This document shows, piece by piece, positions 9,746 through 18,984 of a stretch of 64,000 nt of DNA (the stretch's first letter is position 1; each line of letters starts with the position of its first letter). The notes beneath the pieces were generated by a model. The model saw nothing but the letters and a program-made list of their open reading frames with translations. It searched no databases and had not been told where the DNA came from. The stretch comes from a virus. Made by a program: the position numbers and the translations under genes. The DNA lies in the UHGV virus genome UHGV-0197549. The stretch is one strand, 5' to 3'.

Positions 9746-11086
9746 ATGTTAGGAAACGTATATATCAAGGACACGGACGGCAATATCTCTTACACGGGGG
9801 CAACCGGCAACGAGAAAGTTACAGGGTTGCTGTTTGACGTGTCCCTGCAACCGGAACTCTTTACTGCCGGTTACGGGAAAAATAACGAGAACAATGTCAA
9901 ACTCAACGACGTGCTTTATGTCACTAACCGTAAATCCGCCATCAAGGACTTCGGTATAATCCAGCGAGTGAAGGCCACCGAAGACGAAGAGAACAACGTG
10001 AACTTCTTCCACGGCATCCCGTACTACCATATCTCCGAGTTCTTCCGCTTGTCCGGCAACATCGACGGCAACGGCAGGCTGTACGTGATGTTCGCCGACT
10101 GTTCAGCCGGCTGGGATGCGGTGGATATCATGCAGCGTGCGGCAGGCGGTACTATCAACCAGCTTGGCATCTGGACGGAACAGCCGCAATGGAAGCTTAA
10201 CGGCGCCGAGGAAAAGTACAACCTGAACCTCGTCAAAGGTATCAATGACAAGGTGGTGGCTTTGGCAGAGCAGAACCAGCCGCTTTCCGTCATCCTGGCA
10301 GCCAACTGTTCCAACACCGGAGCCGATACGGCGGAAGGCCTGAAAGTGGACCTGAATAAAATCCCGACCGCTATCTGTGAATCCAGCCGTACATCGGTCG
10401 TTTTCGGGCAGGCACATTCGGAACTCGTGTCCACCATGCAGAAATACAATAAGAACCATACGCCCGTAGGAGTTCTCGGCGCGGCACTCGGCTGCCTGGC
10501 ACGCGCCAACGTACATGAGTCAATCGCCTGGGTGAAGCAGTTCAACCTCTTTAGTGACGACTTCCAGGCCATTGAGCTGGGCTTCGGTGACATCAACCAG
10601 ACGGCGCAGGAAGAGTTCATCAGTACGAACCTGTATGAATCACTGTCCCCCACACTGCTGGATGACCTGGACGAGAAAGGATACATCTTCCCGATCAAGT
10701 ATGCCGGGCTGGAGAACGGGATTTACCTCTCCAAAGACCAGACCTGTTCCACGGGTGATTACCGGACGATTGCCCGGAACCGTACCATCAACAAGTCCCG
10801 CCGTGCCGTCCGTGCCGCCCTGCTGCCTTATGTGAACGCTCCCCTGATGGTGAATCCCGCTACCGGCTTGCTTGCACCTTCCAAGATTACCGCCTTCAGG
10901 ACATTGATTTCCGACGTGCTTGCCAAGATGCAGACCTCACAGGAGATTTCCGGCTATGCGGTAACGATTGACGCCAACCAGAACGTACTTCTCAATGACA
11001 CGTTGCGTATTGGATATGTGCTGGTCCCCGTGGGCGTAGCTACTAAAATCTATGTGGAAGAAGGCTTGTCCCTGACGACGAAATAA
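9746..11086 (+). CDS. putative tail sheath protein
   Basis: 446-aa ORF immediately upstream of a 147-aa tube-sized ORF and chaperone/TMP genes. Size and order are typical of contractile tails. No motif-level proof. Confidence 0.4.
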   Translation: MLGNVYIKDTDGNISYTGATGNEKVTGLLFDVSLQPELFTAGYGKNNENNVKLNDVLYVTNRKSAIKDFGIIQRVKATEDEENNVNFFHGIPYYHISEFFRLSGNIDGNGRLYVMFADCSAGWDAVDIMQRAAGGTINQLGIWTEQPQWKLNGAEEKYNLNLVKGINDKVVALAEQNQPLSVILAANCSNTGADTAEGLKVDLNKIPTAICESSRTSVVFGQAHSELVSTMQKYNKNHTPVGVLGAALGCLARANVHESIAWVKQFNLFSDDFQAIELGFGDINQTAQEEFISTNLYESLSPTLLDDLDEKGYIFPIKYAGLENGIYLSKDQTCSTGDYRTIARNRTINKSRRAVRAALLPYVNAPLMVNPATGLLAPSKITAFRTLISDVLAKMQTSQEISGYAVTIDANQNVLLNDTLRIGYVLVPVGVATKIYVEEGLSLTTK

Positions 11087-11108
11087 CCTAACCTGAAAAA
11101 CAAATACT

Positions 11109-11552
11109 ATGGCAATAATCAATAACGTAGCCTATTCCTGGAGCATGATTACGCTCGCTTCAACCGCCCTTGGGATTGACGAGGGAAGCACGACACTCGA
11201 AGGCGTCTCCGGTATCAAGTGGAACAAGAAACGAAAGATTGAGAGCAACTACGGCATGGGCGGGCGGCCCGTGTCCCGTGGTTTCGGGAACCTTACCTAT
11301 ACGGCATCCATCACGATGGATTATGCTACCCAACAGATGTTACGCTCGACTTACGGCAGTTTGATGGACATCGGCGAGTTCGACCTTATCATCTCTTTCG
11401 CCAACCCGATGGCATCGGATGACTGGACGACCACCACCGTGACGCTGAAGGGCTGCATTTTCTCCGAGGACGCGATGGAAAGTCAGCAGGACGATACCAA
11501 CATCACACATGAGTACGATCTGAATCCTTTCGATATCGTTATCGGTTCGTGA
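11109..11552 (+). CDS. putative tail tube protein
   Basis: 147-aa ORF following the sheath candidate. Assigned by position and size. Confidence 0.4.
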   Translation: MAIINNVAYSWSMITLASTALGIDEGSTTLEGVSGIKWNKKRKIESNYGMGGRPVSRGFGNLTYTASITMDYATQQMLRSTYGSLMDIGEFDLIISFANPMASDDWTTTTVTLKGCIFSEDAMESQQDDTNITHEYDLNPFDIVIGS

Positions 11553-11566
11553 AGTCCCTTTAATTC

Positions 11567-12403
11567 CTATTTGGAAATCGCATCCTTTCGGTGCGGTTTC
11601 TTTTTTTTATGATGAAGCACTCTTCCTCTAAATTTATGCAGTTCAGTGCTTTTAACCCAAATACCATTAAACTTAGGATGAACCAAAACAAAAAAAATGA
11701 ATATTAGGACACATAAAAATGATAAGATTATAAAGCCAGGGACATACTTTTCAAACCAAACTTCATCCAATTGAAACTTATTTATATGCATAAAACAATG
11801 GATTATAAAAGCAACGCACCATATAACAAACGAAATTTGGCCTATTGCAATATTTATTTTGGATGGAGAGTAAGCTCCACCTTGGCACTTAAAAATACAA
11901 TCATTTATATCTGTGGCATTGTATCCTTTTAAAAGCTGATACTGAAATCCTCCTATAGGTAATTTGTTTATTCCGGAATTAAGAACTTCGCCATTTACCA
12001 AACTTTCATCACATTCAAAAGCATCAATAGCATGTTCATACCTCTCATACCAAGCTTTCGAACCTTTGGCCATCATAATCCAAAGAGAAGAAAATATAAT
12101 ATTAACTAAACATAGTACGAGAGCTATATTATTTAATATATAGGCTGACGGTGACACTACATATTCTACATTATCAAATAGTTTTATTGTAACAACTCCA
12201 TATCCGGTAAAACATAAAACAAGTATAGTCGTTAGAAATATAGAGCGTTGCCAAAGATGTGACAATTCAAAATCCCGACATCTCCATAAAGAATCTCTTA
12301 TATCCTTAGTTGTTATCTCAGAATTAAGAACAATATTATCAGTATTAATGGTGTATTTCAGTTTGCTTTTACTGCATTTTTCTCTTTTACTTCTTTTCCT
12401 CAT
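11567..12403 (-). CDS. multi-pass membrane protein of unknown function (moron cargo)
   Basis: 278 aa with about 4 predicted TM helices and basic N- and C-termini. It is very AT-rich compared with flanking phage genes and is on the opposite strand inside the tail module. Confidence 0.45.
   Translation of the reverse strand: MRKRSKREKCSKSKLKYTINTDNIVLNSEITTKDIRDSLWRCRDFELSHLWQRSIFLTTILVLCFTGYGVVTIKLFDNVEYVVSPSAYILNNIALVLCLVNIIFSSLWIMMAKGSKAWYERYEHAIDAFECDESLVNGEVLNSGINKLPIGGFQYQLLKGYNATDINDCIFKCQGGAYSPSKINIAIGQISFVIWCVAFIIHCFMHINKFQLDEVWFEKYVPGFIILSFLCVLIFIFFVLVHPKFNGIWVKSTELHKFRGRVLHHKKKKPHRKDAISK
11578..11612 (+). terminator. rho-independent terminator after tube gene
   Basis: CGCATCC-TTTC-GGTGCG hairpin followed by an 8-T tract. 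Confidence 0.35.
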
Positions 12404-12460
12404 ATTATTTATGATATATATTTTTACAAATGTAAATATATACCATTTTTATTAGAACAG

Positions 12461-13720
12461 CTAATAAATTTCAATAAAATCATCCGGATTCGTTGTATAT
12501 TGCTTTGACAAATACTCACTTTTCAGTGCCCATTTCTTCCCGGTTCCCTGTGCCGCTACCTTCAATATTCTCGTACCATATTTCTTATGCACCATATCCA
12601 GTACTTCAAGTACCTTCTCATGTTTTAATCTGTCACGTTCATCAAACAGATTCAGTTGGACGCTGTTTTGTGGTTCAATATCCATTACGATCACTCCTGC
12701 CTTTTTATACTGATACCCTTCCTTATATATATTCTTCAGTGCCAATCTTGCATAATGGATCAACTCTGCCACGTCATTAGTCGGTGTCGGCAAGGTTATC
12801 ATCAGACTATTATAATACTGGGGTAAATCCTCCCGGAACCGGTTGGTATAAATAAAGACCTGGAGCATTCCGGTGCAGGAACGTTGCGCACGGAGTTTCC
12901 TGGCACAGGACGCCATGAAATTAGCTACGGATTCCATCAGAGTATCAAAGTCTTCTATCATCTCCCCGAAGCTCCGGGAAGTGCAGATGGTTTGTTTGGC
13001 AGGAGCGACAGGTTCCAATTCAAATGCCGGGATGCCTCTTAACTCTTTCCATGTCCTGACACCTACCACAGTCATTTGCTTTCTTACCCATTCTTCACTT
13101 TTTTGTGTCAGGTCATAAGCGGTTTTAACACCGTAATATTCAAGTTTCTTCTGGTAACGGCGTCCAATCCCCCAGACATCGGCGATATCAAATTGTTTGA
13201 GAGCCTTTATCCGCTTTTCTTCGCTGTCAATTACACATACGCCTTTATAACCTCTGTATTTCTTTGCAAATTTCGACGCCACTTTCGCCAATGTTTTTGT
13301 TGGTGCTATGCCCATTGATACGGGTATGCCGGTACCTTTTGTTACAGCCTTAACTATCTTGCTTCCATATTCGCCCAGATCATAGTTTTCAAATCCTTTT
13401 AGAGAAAGGAAACTTTCATCTATCGAATATATTTCCATATCTTCAACGAACTGGCTTAGAATCGTCATAACCCTGTGCGACATGTCCCCATATAACGCAT
13501 AATTACTGGAGAAAACGGCAATTCCATGTTCCTCTATCAGTTTAACCAGTTTGAATACCGGTTCGCCCATAGGTATACCAAGCGCCTTTGCCTCATTGCT
13601 TCTCGCTACGACGCATCCATCGTTATTACTTAATACGATAATTGGTACATCCTTCAAATTCGGTTGGAACACCCTTTCGCAAGATGCAAAAAAGTTATTG
13701 CAATCGACTAATGAATACAT
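12461..13720 (-). CDS. umuC: Y-family translesion DNA polymerase UmuC-like
   Basis: 419 aa. The N-terminus MYSLVDCNNFFASCERVFQPNLKDVPIIVLSNNDGCVVARSNEAKALGI matches the UmuC/DinB N-terminal signature. Adjacent to a UmuD-like gene. Confidence 0.75.
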   Translation of the reverse strand: MYSLVDCNNFFASCERVFQPNLKDVPIIVLSNNDGCVVARSNEAKALGIPMGEPVFKLVKLIEEHGIAVFSSNYALYGDMSHRVMTILSQFVEDMEIYSIDESFLSLKGFENYDLGEYGSKIVKAVTKGTGIPVSMGIAPTKTLAKVASKFAKKYRGYKGVCVIDSEEKRIKALKQFDIADVWGIGRRYQKKLEYYGVKTAYDLTQKSEEWVRKQMTVVGVRTWKELRGIPAFELEPVAPAKQTICTSRSFGEMIEDFDTLMESVANFMASCARKLRAQRSCTGMLQVFIYTNRFREDLPQYYNSLMITLPTPTNDVAELIHYARLALKNIYKEGYQYKKAGVIVMDIEPQNSVQLNLFDERDRLKHEKVLEVLDMVHKKYGTRILKVAAQGTGKKWALKSEYLSKQYTTNPDDFIEIY

Positions 13721-13723
13721 ATT

Positions 13724-14176
13724 TTATCCCCTTTTCTTTCTTCTGTTTTCCTTGATCGTATGAGTTACGATACCCCAAACAATAAATTGATTATTCTCCG
13801 TTACCTTTATCGAAGGATAATCGGGATTGGAAGGTACCAGCCATACAGTTTTCTTTCTTCTGTCTATTTTGACCCGTTTGAGTGTAAACTCTCCGTCCAG
13901 AAAGCAAACACATAAATCACCATCCTCCAAATCCAGCGATTTATCTATTATTAATAAATCACCCGGCTCTATCCCTTCGTCTTTCATCGAAAACCCTTTC
14001 ACTCTCCCGATAAAGCTGGATGCAGGATTCTTTATAAGTTCCCTGTTCAGATCATAGCTTAGCTCCATGTAATCCTGCGCCGGTGAGGGGAATCCCGCTT
14101 GAATCCCATCATCAGCGTAAGGTAATAATTGTTTGCTTGAAGCATCAATCCTGAATATTTCGAGCCAATTCTTCAT
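13724..14176 (-). CDS. umuD: UmuD-like / LexA-family S24 peptidase
   Basis: 150 aa. The C-terminal GDLLIIDKS...GDLCVCFLDGEFTLKRV motif is typical of S24 self-cleaving peptidases. A 4-nt gap to umuC shows operon organisation. Confidence 0.7.
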   Translation of the reverse strand: MKNWLEIFRIDASSKQLLPYADDGIQAGFPSPAQDYMELSYDLNRELIKNPASSFIGRVKGFSMKDEGIEPGDLLIIDKSLDLEDGDLCVCFLDGEFTLKRVKIDRRKKTVWLVPSNPDYPSIKVTENNQFIVWGIVTHTIKENRRKKRG

Positions 14177-14430
14177 CTGAAAGTGTTTTCGAAGATAACA
14201 ATCCGGATTGAAATTTGATTCATGCTTAGGTATTATTGTGCTTCATTTACGAAATATTGATAAACGTTTCCTTCCAACTCTTAAAGGATTATCTGCATAC
14301 ACTAATACATTCGGGTATGAACTTACCAACAACCGCATCGGGAAGGAATCGAAAGTCCGATTCAACCTTTTCTGATTTGTTCCCCTATACTTGGAAAAGA
14401 ACATTAACCAATCTACAACCAACTTTTATT
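14177..14430. promoter_or_regulatory. divergent AT-rich promoter region (umuD leftward / tail chaperone rightward)
   Basis: 254-bp non-coding spacer. It contains the CCCCTATACTTGG motif at 14382-14394. Confidence 0.35.
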
Positions 14431-14787
14431 ATGGAAGACAAATCACTCACGCTCGAACTGGAAGCGCAGATCAAGGAAACAGCCGGCAAGCTCAAAGCGG
14501 AAAAGAAACTGAGAAAAATCTATCCGCTGGTCGTGTTCGGTGACACCTCCTGCGGTGAAAAAGAGGTATACGTTGCCTATATGTCGGAGCCTACCTTCCC
14601 CCAGTTCTCCAAGTTTATGGTCGCCTCCCGCAAGGACGAGGTGATGGCGATGAAGACGCTTGCCAAGGACTGTTTCGTCGATGGAGACAAGGAACTGGTG
14701 GATAACGAAAGCCTGTTCCTGTTCGGCCTGATGGGGCAGCTCACGGAAATCATCTCCACCCGCCAGAGCACGCTGGTAAATTTATAA
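14431..14787 (+). CDS. tail assembly chaperone (gpG-like)
   Basis: 119-aa acidic protein immediately upstream of the tape measure gene. The ORF track starts earlier at 14236, but the internal ATG at 14431 follows the promoter motif. The slippery site sits at its 3' end. Confidence 0.5.
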   Translation: MEDKSLTLELEAQIKETAGKLKAEKKLRKIYPLVVFGDTSCGEKEVYVAYMSEPTFPQFSKFMVASRKDEVMAMKTLAKDCFVDGDKELVDNESLFLFGLMGQLTEIISTRQSTLVNL

Positions 14788-14972
14788 CCCGCTGGGAAGT
14801 ACGTGACGACCACCGTATCCGGCAACGGCTGATTTATGTGCGTCACTACTTTCCCGGCGTGAACCTGGAAACCATTGATGACGAAGAGTTCGCCATTTTA
14901 TCGGAAGAAGCCCTCTGGCTGCATAACCAGATGATGATAACCAAAGCCGCCAATGCCGCGCTATCCGTTTAA
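14706..14972 (+). CDS. -1 frameshift extension of tail chaperone (gpGT-like fusion product)
   Basis: The -1 frame is open from 14706 to the TAA at 14970-14972 with no start codon. The heptamer A_AAT_TTA at 14778-14784 is in X_XXY_YYZ register of the 0 frame, immediately before the G-gene stop. Confidence 0.45.
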   Translation, partial: RKPVPVRPDGAAHGNHLHPPEHAGKFITRWEVRDDHRIRQRLIYVRHYFPGVNLETIDDEEFAILSEEALWLHNQMMITKAANAALSV

Positions 14973-15032
14973 CCGGCTTTTCATTCTTTATTACTTTCAT
15001 TCATTTTTCATTCTTTCATTTCCTTTGTTTTC

Positions 15033-15070
15033 CCCTGCCGCCACACAAGCGGCAGGGTTTTTCTTTTTTA
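15033..15070 (+). terminator. hairpin terminator/attenuator between chaperone and tape measure genes
   Basis: CCCTGCCGC-cacacaa-GCGGCAGGG 9-bp perfect stem followed by TTTTTCTTTTTT. Confidence 0.45.
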
Positions 15071-15126
15071 ATCATACGCTCTCCTTTTCACCTATTCTTA
15101 CCCGAACCTAACCTTGCATCCGTATT

Positions 15127-18100
15127 ATGACCCAAATCAAAGATTACCAGGTAAATTACAGCATTAACGTCACCGCTACCGAAGGCGTGCAGGAAGTCGA
15201 GAAATTCGCCAAGGCGATGAAACAGCTCAGTGACGCCCGCAGCAACTTCATGCCGGCAGTCAATAGCGTCAATGACATGATGCAGCACATCGACAAAGTG
15301 TTCCGCCCCAAGGGCAGGAAGCGGGAATATACCTATAAGTTCGACATCGACACCGGTAAAAGCGAGAAGAAGCTGGAAAGCATCAAGGCGCTACTGACGG
15401 ATATCAAGGAGCTCACAACCGGTATCAACGTGGTCATCAACGCCGGGCAGAAGCTCGACACCAACACCATCCGCTCACAGGCAAAGGCGCTGGTGGGCAA
15501 GAAAGAACTGGAAGCGCAGAAGAGAAGCATCCGCAAGACCGCCTCCCAGTCCCTGAAAACGGTCAATGAGAAACAGCGCGAGGTTACCGGTGTGATCGGC
15601 AAAATCAACTCCGCCCTTACCAGCCTGGAAGCCGGACGTGAAATCAATATCAGGACCGACGCGGCCAAAAACCGCCTGACGGAAATACTCGGCCTTCTCA
15701 GGCAGATAAAGACGGCATCCGATATCAATATGCCCTTCCGGATGGGTAGCGGCAAAGGAACATCTCCCGCCACTACACCCTTCCAGACCGGCTCCATCCT
15801 GACGGACAAGGTATGGCAGCGGCAGCAGAAACAGGTTGCCAAAGCCGGTGAAGCCCGCACGATGCGGGAGATAGAAGCCCGGCAGGAAGCGGAATACCAA
15901 CAGAACATACAGAAGAAGAAGGATGCCTTCAGGCGTACGAACGAGTGGCTGGAGCGCAGGGCAAAAAATTACGAATACTACGAACGGGCGAAGGTGGAAC
16001 GTGTCCTGAAACAGGAACGGGAAGAGGAACGCCGGCAAAAGCGTGAAGCCGCCGGGGCCGCCCGCCGCAAACGGGAACAGGAACGGGAAGAGAAGCGGAA
16101 CGTCATGAACTCCGTGCGGAACATGCAGAGGCAGGCCGCCGCAGGTGAAAGCGCCTATGGCGGCAAACGGCGTGCGGCCATCAACCGCCTTCAGTACTCC
16201 CGCCGCCCGTCCATCCGCAGCCTGCCGTTGGTGAACATGTTCAATGCCTACATGGCATACGGGTTCATCAAGTCCGAACTTTCCTCCGCCGTGGATTACA
16301 GCAATATCATGGAGTCCGCCCGCAGCATCCTCAAGGTGGCTGACAGCGACCTCTCCACATTTGAGACACGCTTCCAACAGATGTCCTATAACGTGCGGAA
16401 GATCGGTGTGGACACCAAGTTCACCGCCTTGGAGATTGCTTCGGCAGCGAAGTTCCTCGCCATGGCGGGCATGGACATCGCCACCATCAACGCTTCCATG
16501 CGCCCCATCAGCAACCTGGCGCTCATAGGCGACAACGATGTGGGGCTTATCGCCGACTTGACAACGAACATCATGTCCGGCTATAATATCCAAAGCGGCA
16601 GCATGGGCACCGTGGCCGATATTATCACCTCCACCATCTCCCGTGCGAACGTGAACGTGGTCGAGATGGCGGAAAGCTTCAAGATGGCGTCGGGATACCT
16701 GAAGCTCTCCGGCGTGGACTTTTCCGAAGCAGCGGCGGCTATCGGTATCTTAGGCAATGCGGGCATGAAAGGCACCATGGCGGGAACCGCCCTGCGTGCG
16801 ATGTCCACCCGCTTCGCCAAGCCTACCAAACAGGCGGAAGCCACACTGGACAGGCTCGGTGTCAAGTTTACCCGATTCACGGAGATAGCGGGCAAGAAAG
16901 TGGAAAAGCTCCGTCCGCTGGCAGAGATTTTCAAAGACCTTCACGATGCCGGGGCGAGTCTGGAAGATATGATTGCTATTTTCTCAAAGATCGGCGGCAA
17001 CGCGGCGATGCAATTCGTGGTGAACTACGACAAGCTCCGGGTACTCACCACGCAGAACCGCGCTTCACACGGCATCTCCGACGAGCTGGCGCTTGTCAAG
17101 CAGAATACGACCAAGGGGCTTTGGGCACAGGTGACATCCACCCTGACGGAAAGCTTCATGCAGGCGTATGAGGTCGTAGAGCCCGTTATCAAAAGCATAT
17201 TGAAGGACTTCCTGAGTAAGTTCAAGGCTCCGGAGTTTGCACGGGGCATCGCCTCTATCGGGCGGGCACTGCTGGATGTCTGTTCCGTGCTGGCTAACCT
17301 GGGTACATGGATGGCCCGTAACTTCCACTGGATAGAGCCGCTATTGTTCACCGGCTTTGTCGCTACGAAGATATTCAAACTGGCGGGCGCGGTAACGAAC
17401 CTGGGTGTGGCCATCGGCTTTATCGGCAAACAGTCCGTCGCGTCTTCCACGCTCCAGCTTATCGCTTCCCTGACAGGCGGCGGTATCAATGTCAAAGCTT
17501 TGTCCTTCGCCAACAAGCGCAACATTGTCACCGCCCTGCGCGGGGCGGGAATCACGGGTAAAGGGGCCATGATGCAGGCGCTCGCCTCTACCGGCATGGC
17601 GGGGATGGGCGGTCTGACCGCACGCAGCGCCTTTACCTCCCTTTTTGCCAACCAGGTGGTGACCGGAACAGGCATCACAGGAGCCGCCGCCTCGTTGTCC
17701 GCCATGGGTGCGGGCGCGGTGGCGGCTACCGCAGGCATTGCCGCACTGGTCGGCGCGTTGGGATGGGTCGCTTACAAGACCTGGCAGGTGAAGAAAGCCA
17801 AGGATGCCGTACTGGAAGAGGTCAATGCCAACGAGAAGTACCGCTATCCTTCCATAGAAGCCCTGCACAACTCGCTACGGGATACATACCTCCAGGCTAT
17901 CAAGACCAAGGAGGCGGTGGCGAACGTGACGGAAGGCAAGACGCTGGAAGAGGAATCCGGACAGAAAATCGGCGCGTTCACCGGTGAATGGTGGAGGGCG
18001 ATGCTCTCCGGAATGGCAGCCGCCCAGACACATTCGGCACCCGATTATACCTATGATGACGCCTACCAGAAGAATGCGAAGGATGCTATCAACATCATCG

Positions 18101-18954
18101 CACGCAAGAGCGGGCAGCAGCAGATCATTTCCGCCTATGCGGAGTTAGGCAAGCTCTCCAGCGCTGTGGAAGTAAGCGCATTTATAAAGAACATCGACCA
18201 TAACTACAGGTATAACACCAAGCTGTTGGACAAAAGCCTGTACACGGTAAGAAACGGGCGGGTGTTTTACAATCCCGGCATGGACAGGATTACCGCCCGC
18301 CAGGCCGCGCAGACCCCGCACTTTGCGGGCTACCAGAACACCGAGGTCGTGCGTTCCATCCGTGTCGGTGCGGAAAGCTACCTGGACGCCATACGGTCAC
18401 AACCGGGTGCCATGAAAAGGCTGCGGGAGAGCGGGTTCAGCTTTACCGAGCTGGGCAAGGAGGGGTTCTATATGAAGGACGGGAAATGGCAGCAGAAAGA
18501 AGCCGGAAAAGACGCGACGGAGGAAGAGGTCAGCAACCTGTTAGCCGCCAAAAGGCGTGTACGGGGCAGGCTTATCGAAATGATGAAGACGCTCCGGGAG
18601 AAGTATGGCGGCAGCGAGCAGATGGCGGAGAACATCATCAAAAAAGCGGGGTTCGACACGTCTCTCTATTCCAATGAACCGGGGTATAACGACAATCCCC
18701 TGGATGCCCTGCGGGTGACTACCGACGGGGCGGATGACGGGATGGCCGGCGGTAACTATTCAGGGACAGGCAAGCTTTCATCCGCCGCACCCAAGCAGGT
18801 CATCGTACAAATCACCAACCTTCTGAGCGTGGGAACCATCGACCTGATGAAGTCCCCTGAAGGACAGCAGGGGGAGATAAAAGACCTGAAAGAACAACTG
18901 GCGCAGGCACTGATCGACGTGGCGCATGACTTTGACGCATCATGGAATGCATAA
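15127..18954 (+). CDS. tail tape measure protein
   Basis: 1275 aa. Long coiled-coil N-region, central hydrophobic Gly/Ala-rich segments and a position after the chaperone frameshift are all typical of a TMP. Confidence 0.8.
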   Translation: MTQIKDYQVNYSINVTATEGVQEVEKFAKAMKQLSDARSNFMPAVNSVNDMMQHIDKVFRPKGRKREYTYKFDIDTGKSEKKLESIKALLTDIKELTTGINVVINAGQKLDTNTIRSQAKALVGKKELEAQKRSIRKTASQSLKTVNEKQREVTGVIGKINSALTSLEAGREINIRTDAAKNRLTEILGLLRQIKTASDINMPFRMGSGKGTSPATTPFQTGSILTDKVWQRQQKQVAKAGEARTMREIEARQEAEYQQNIQKKKDAFRRTNEWLERRAKNYEYYERAKVERVLKQEREEERRQKREAAGAARRKREQEREEKRNVMNSVRNMQRQAAAGESAYGGKRRAAINRLQYSRRPSIRSLPLVNMFNAYMAYGFIKSELSSAVDYSNIMESARSILKVADSDLSTFETRFQQMSYNVRKIGVDTKFTALEIASAAKFLAMAGMDIATINASMRPISNLALIGDNDVGLIADLTTNIMSGYNIQSGSMGTVADIITSTISRANVNVVEMAESFKMASGYLKLSGVDFSEAAAAIGILGNAGMKGTMAGTALRAMSTRFAKPTKQAEATLDRLGVKFTRFTEIAGKKVEKLRPLAEIFKDLHDAGASLEDMIAIFSKIGGNAAMQFVVNYDKLRVLTTQNRASHGISDELALVKQNTTKGLWAQVTSTLTESFMQAYEVVEPVIKSILKDFLSKFKAPEFARGIASIGRALLDVCSVLANLGTWMARNFHWIEPLLFTGFVATKIFKLAGAVTNLGVAIGFIGKQSVASSTLQLIASLTGGGINVKALSFANKRNIVTALRGAGITGKGAMMQALASTGMAGMGGLTARSAFTSLFANQVVTGTGITGAAASLSAMGAGAVAATAGIAALVGALGWVAYKTWQVKKAKDAVLEEVNANEKYRYPSIEALHNSLRDTYLQAIKTKEAVANVTEGKTLEEESGQKIGAFTGEWWRAMLSGMAAAQTHSAPDYTYDDAYQKNAKDAINIIARKSGQQQIISAYAELGKLSSAVEVSAFIKNIDHNYRYNTKLLDKSLYTVRNGRVFYNPGMDRITARQAAQTPHFAGYQNTEVVRSIRVGAESYLDAIRSQPGAMKRLRESGFSFTELGKEGFYMKDGKWQQKEAGKDATEEEVSNLLAAKRRVRGRLIEMMKTLREKYGGSEQMAENIIKKAGFDTSLYSNEPGYNDNPLDALRVTTDGADDGMAGGNYSGTGKLSSAAPKQVIVQITNLLSVGTIDLMKSPEGQQGEIKDLKEQLAQALIDVAHDFDASWNA

Positions 18955-18984
18955 TTATTCATATATCAAAAAAACTAACTAATA

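Noticed and set aside
15475-17868. Long antisense ORFs in the ORF track (e.g. 15475..16593, 17025..17738, 30723..31685, 42267..43088 on the minus strand) inside the TMP, fibre and SbcC genes.
   Set aside because: They overlap much longer sense-strand genes with clear family signatures. Such antisense ORFs are typical artefacts of GC-rich third-codon positions, with no start/stop context or motifs.
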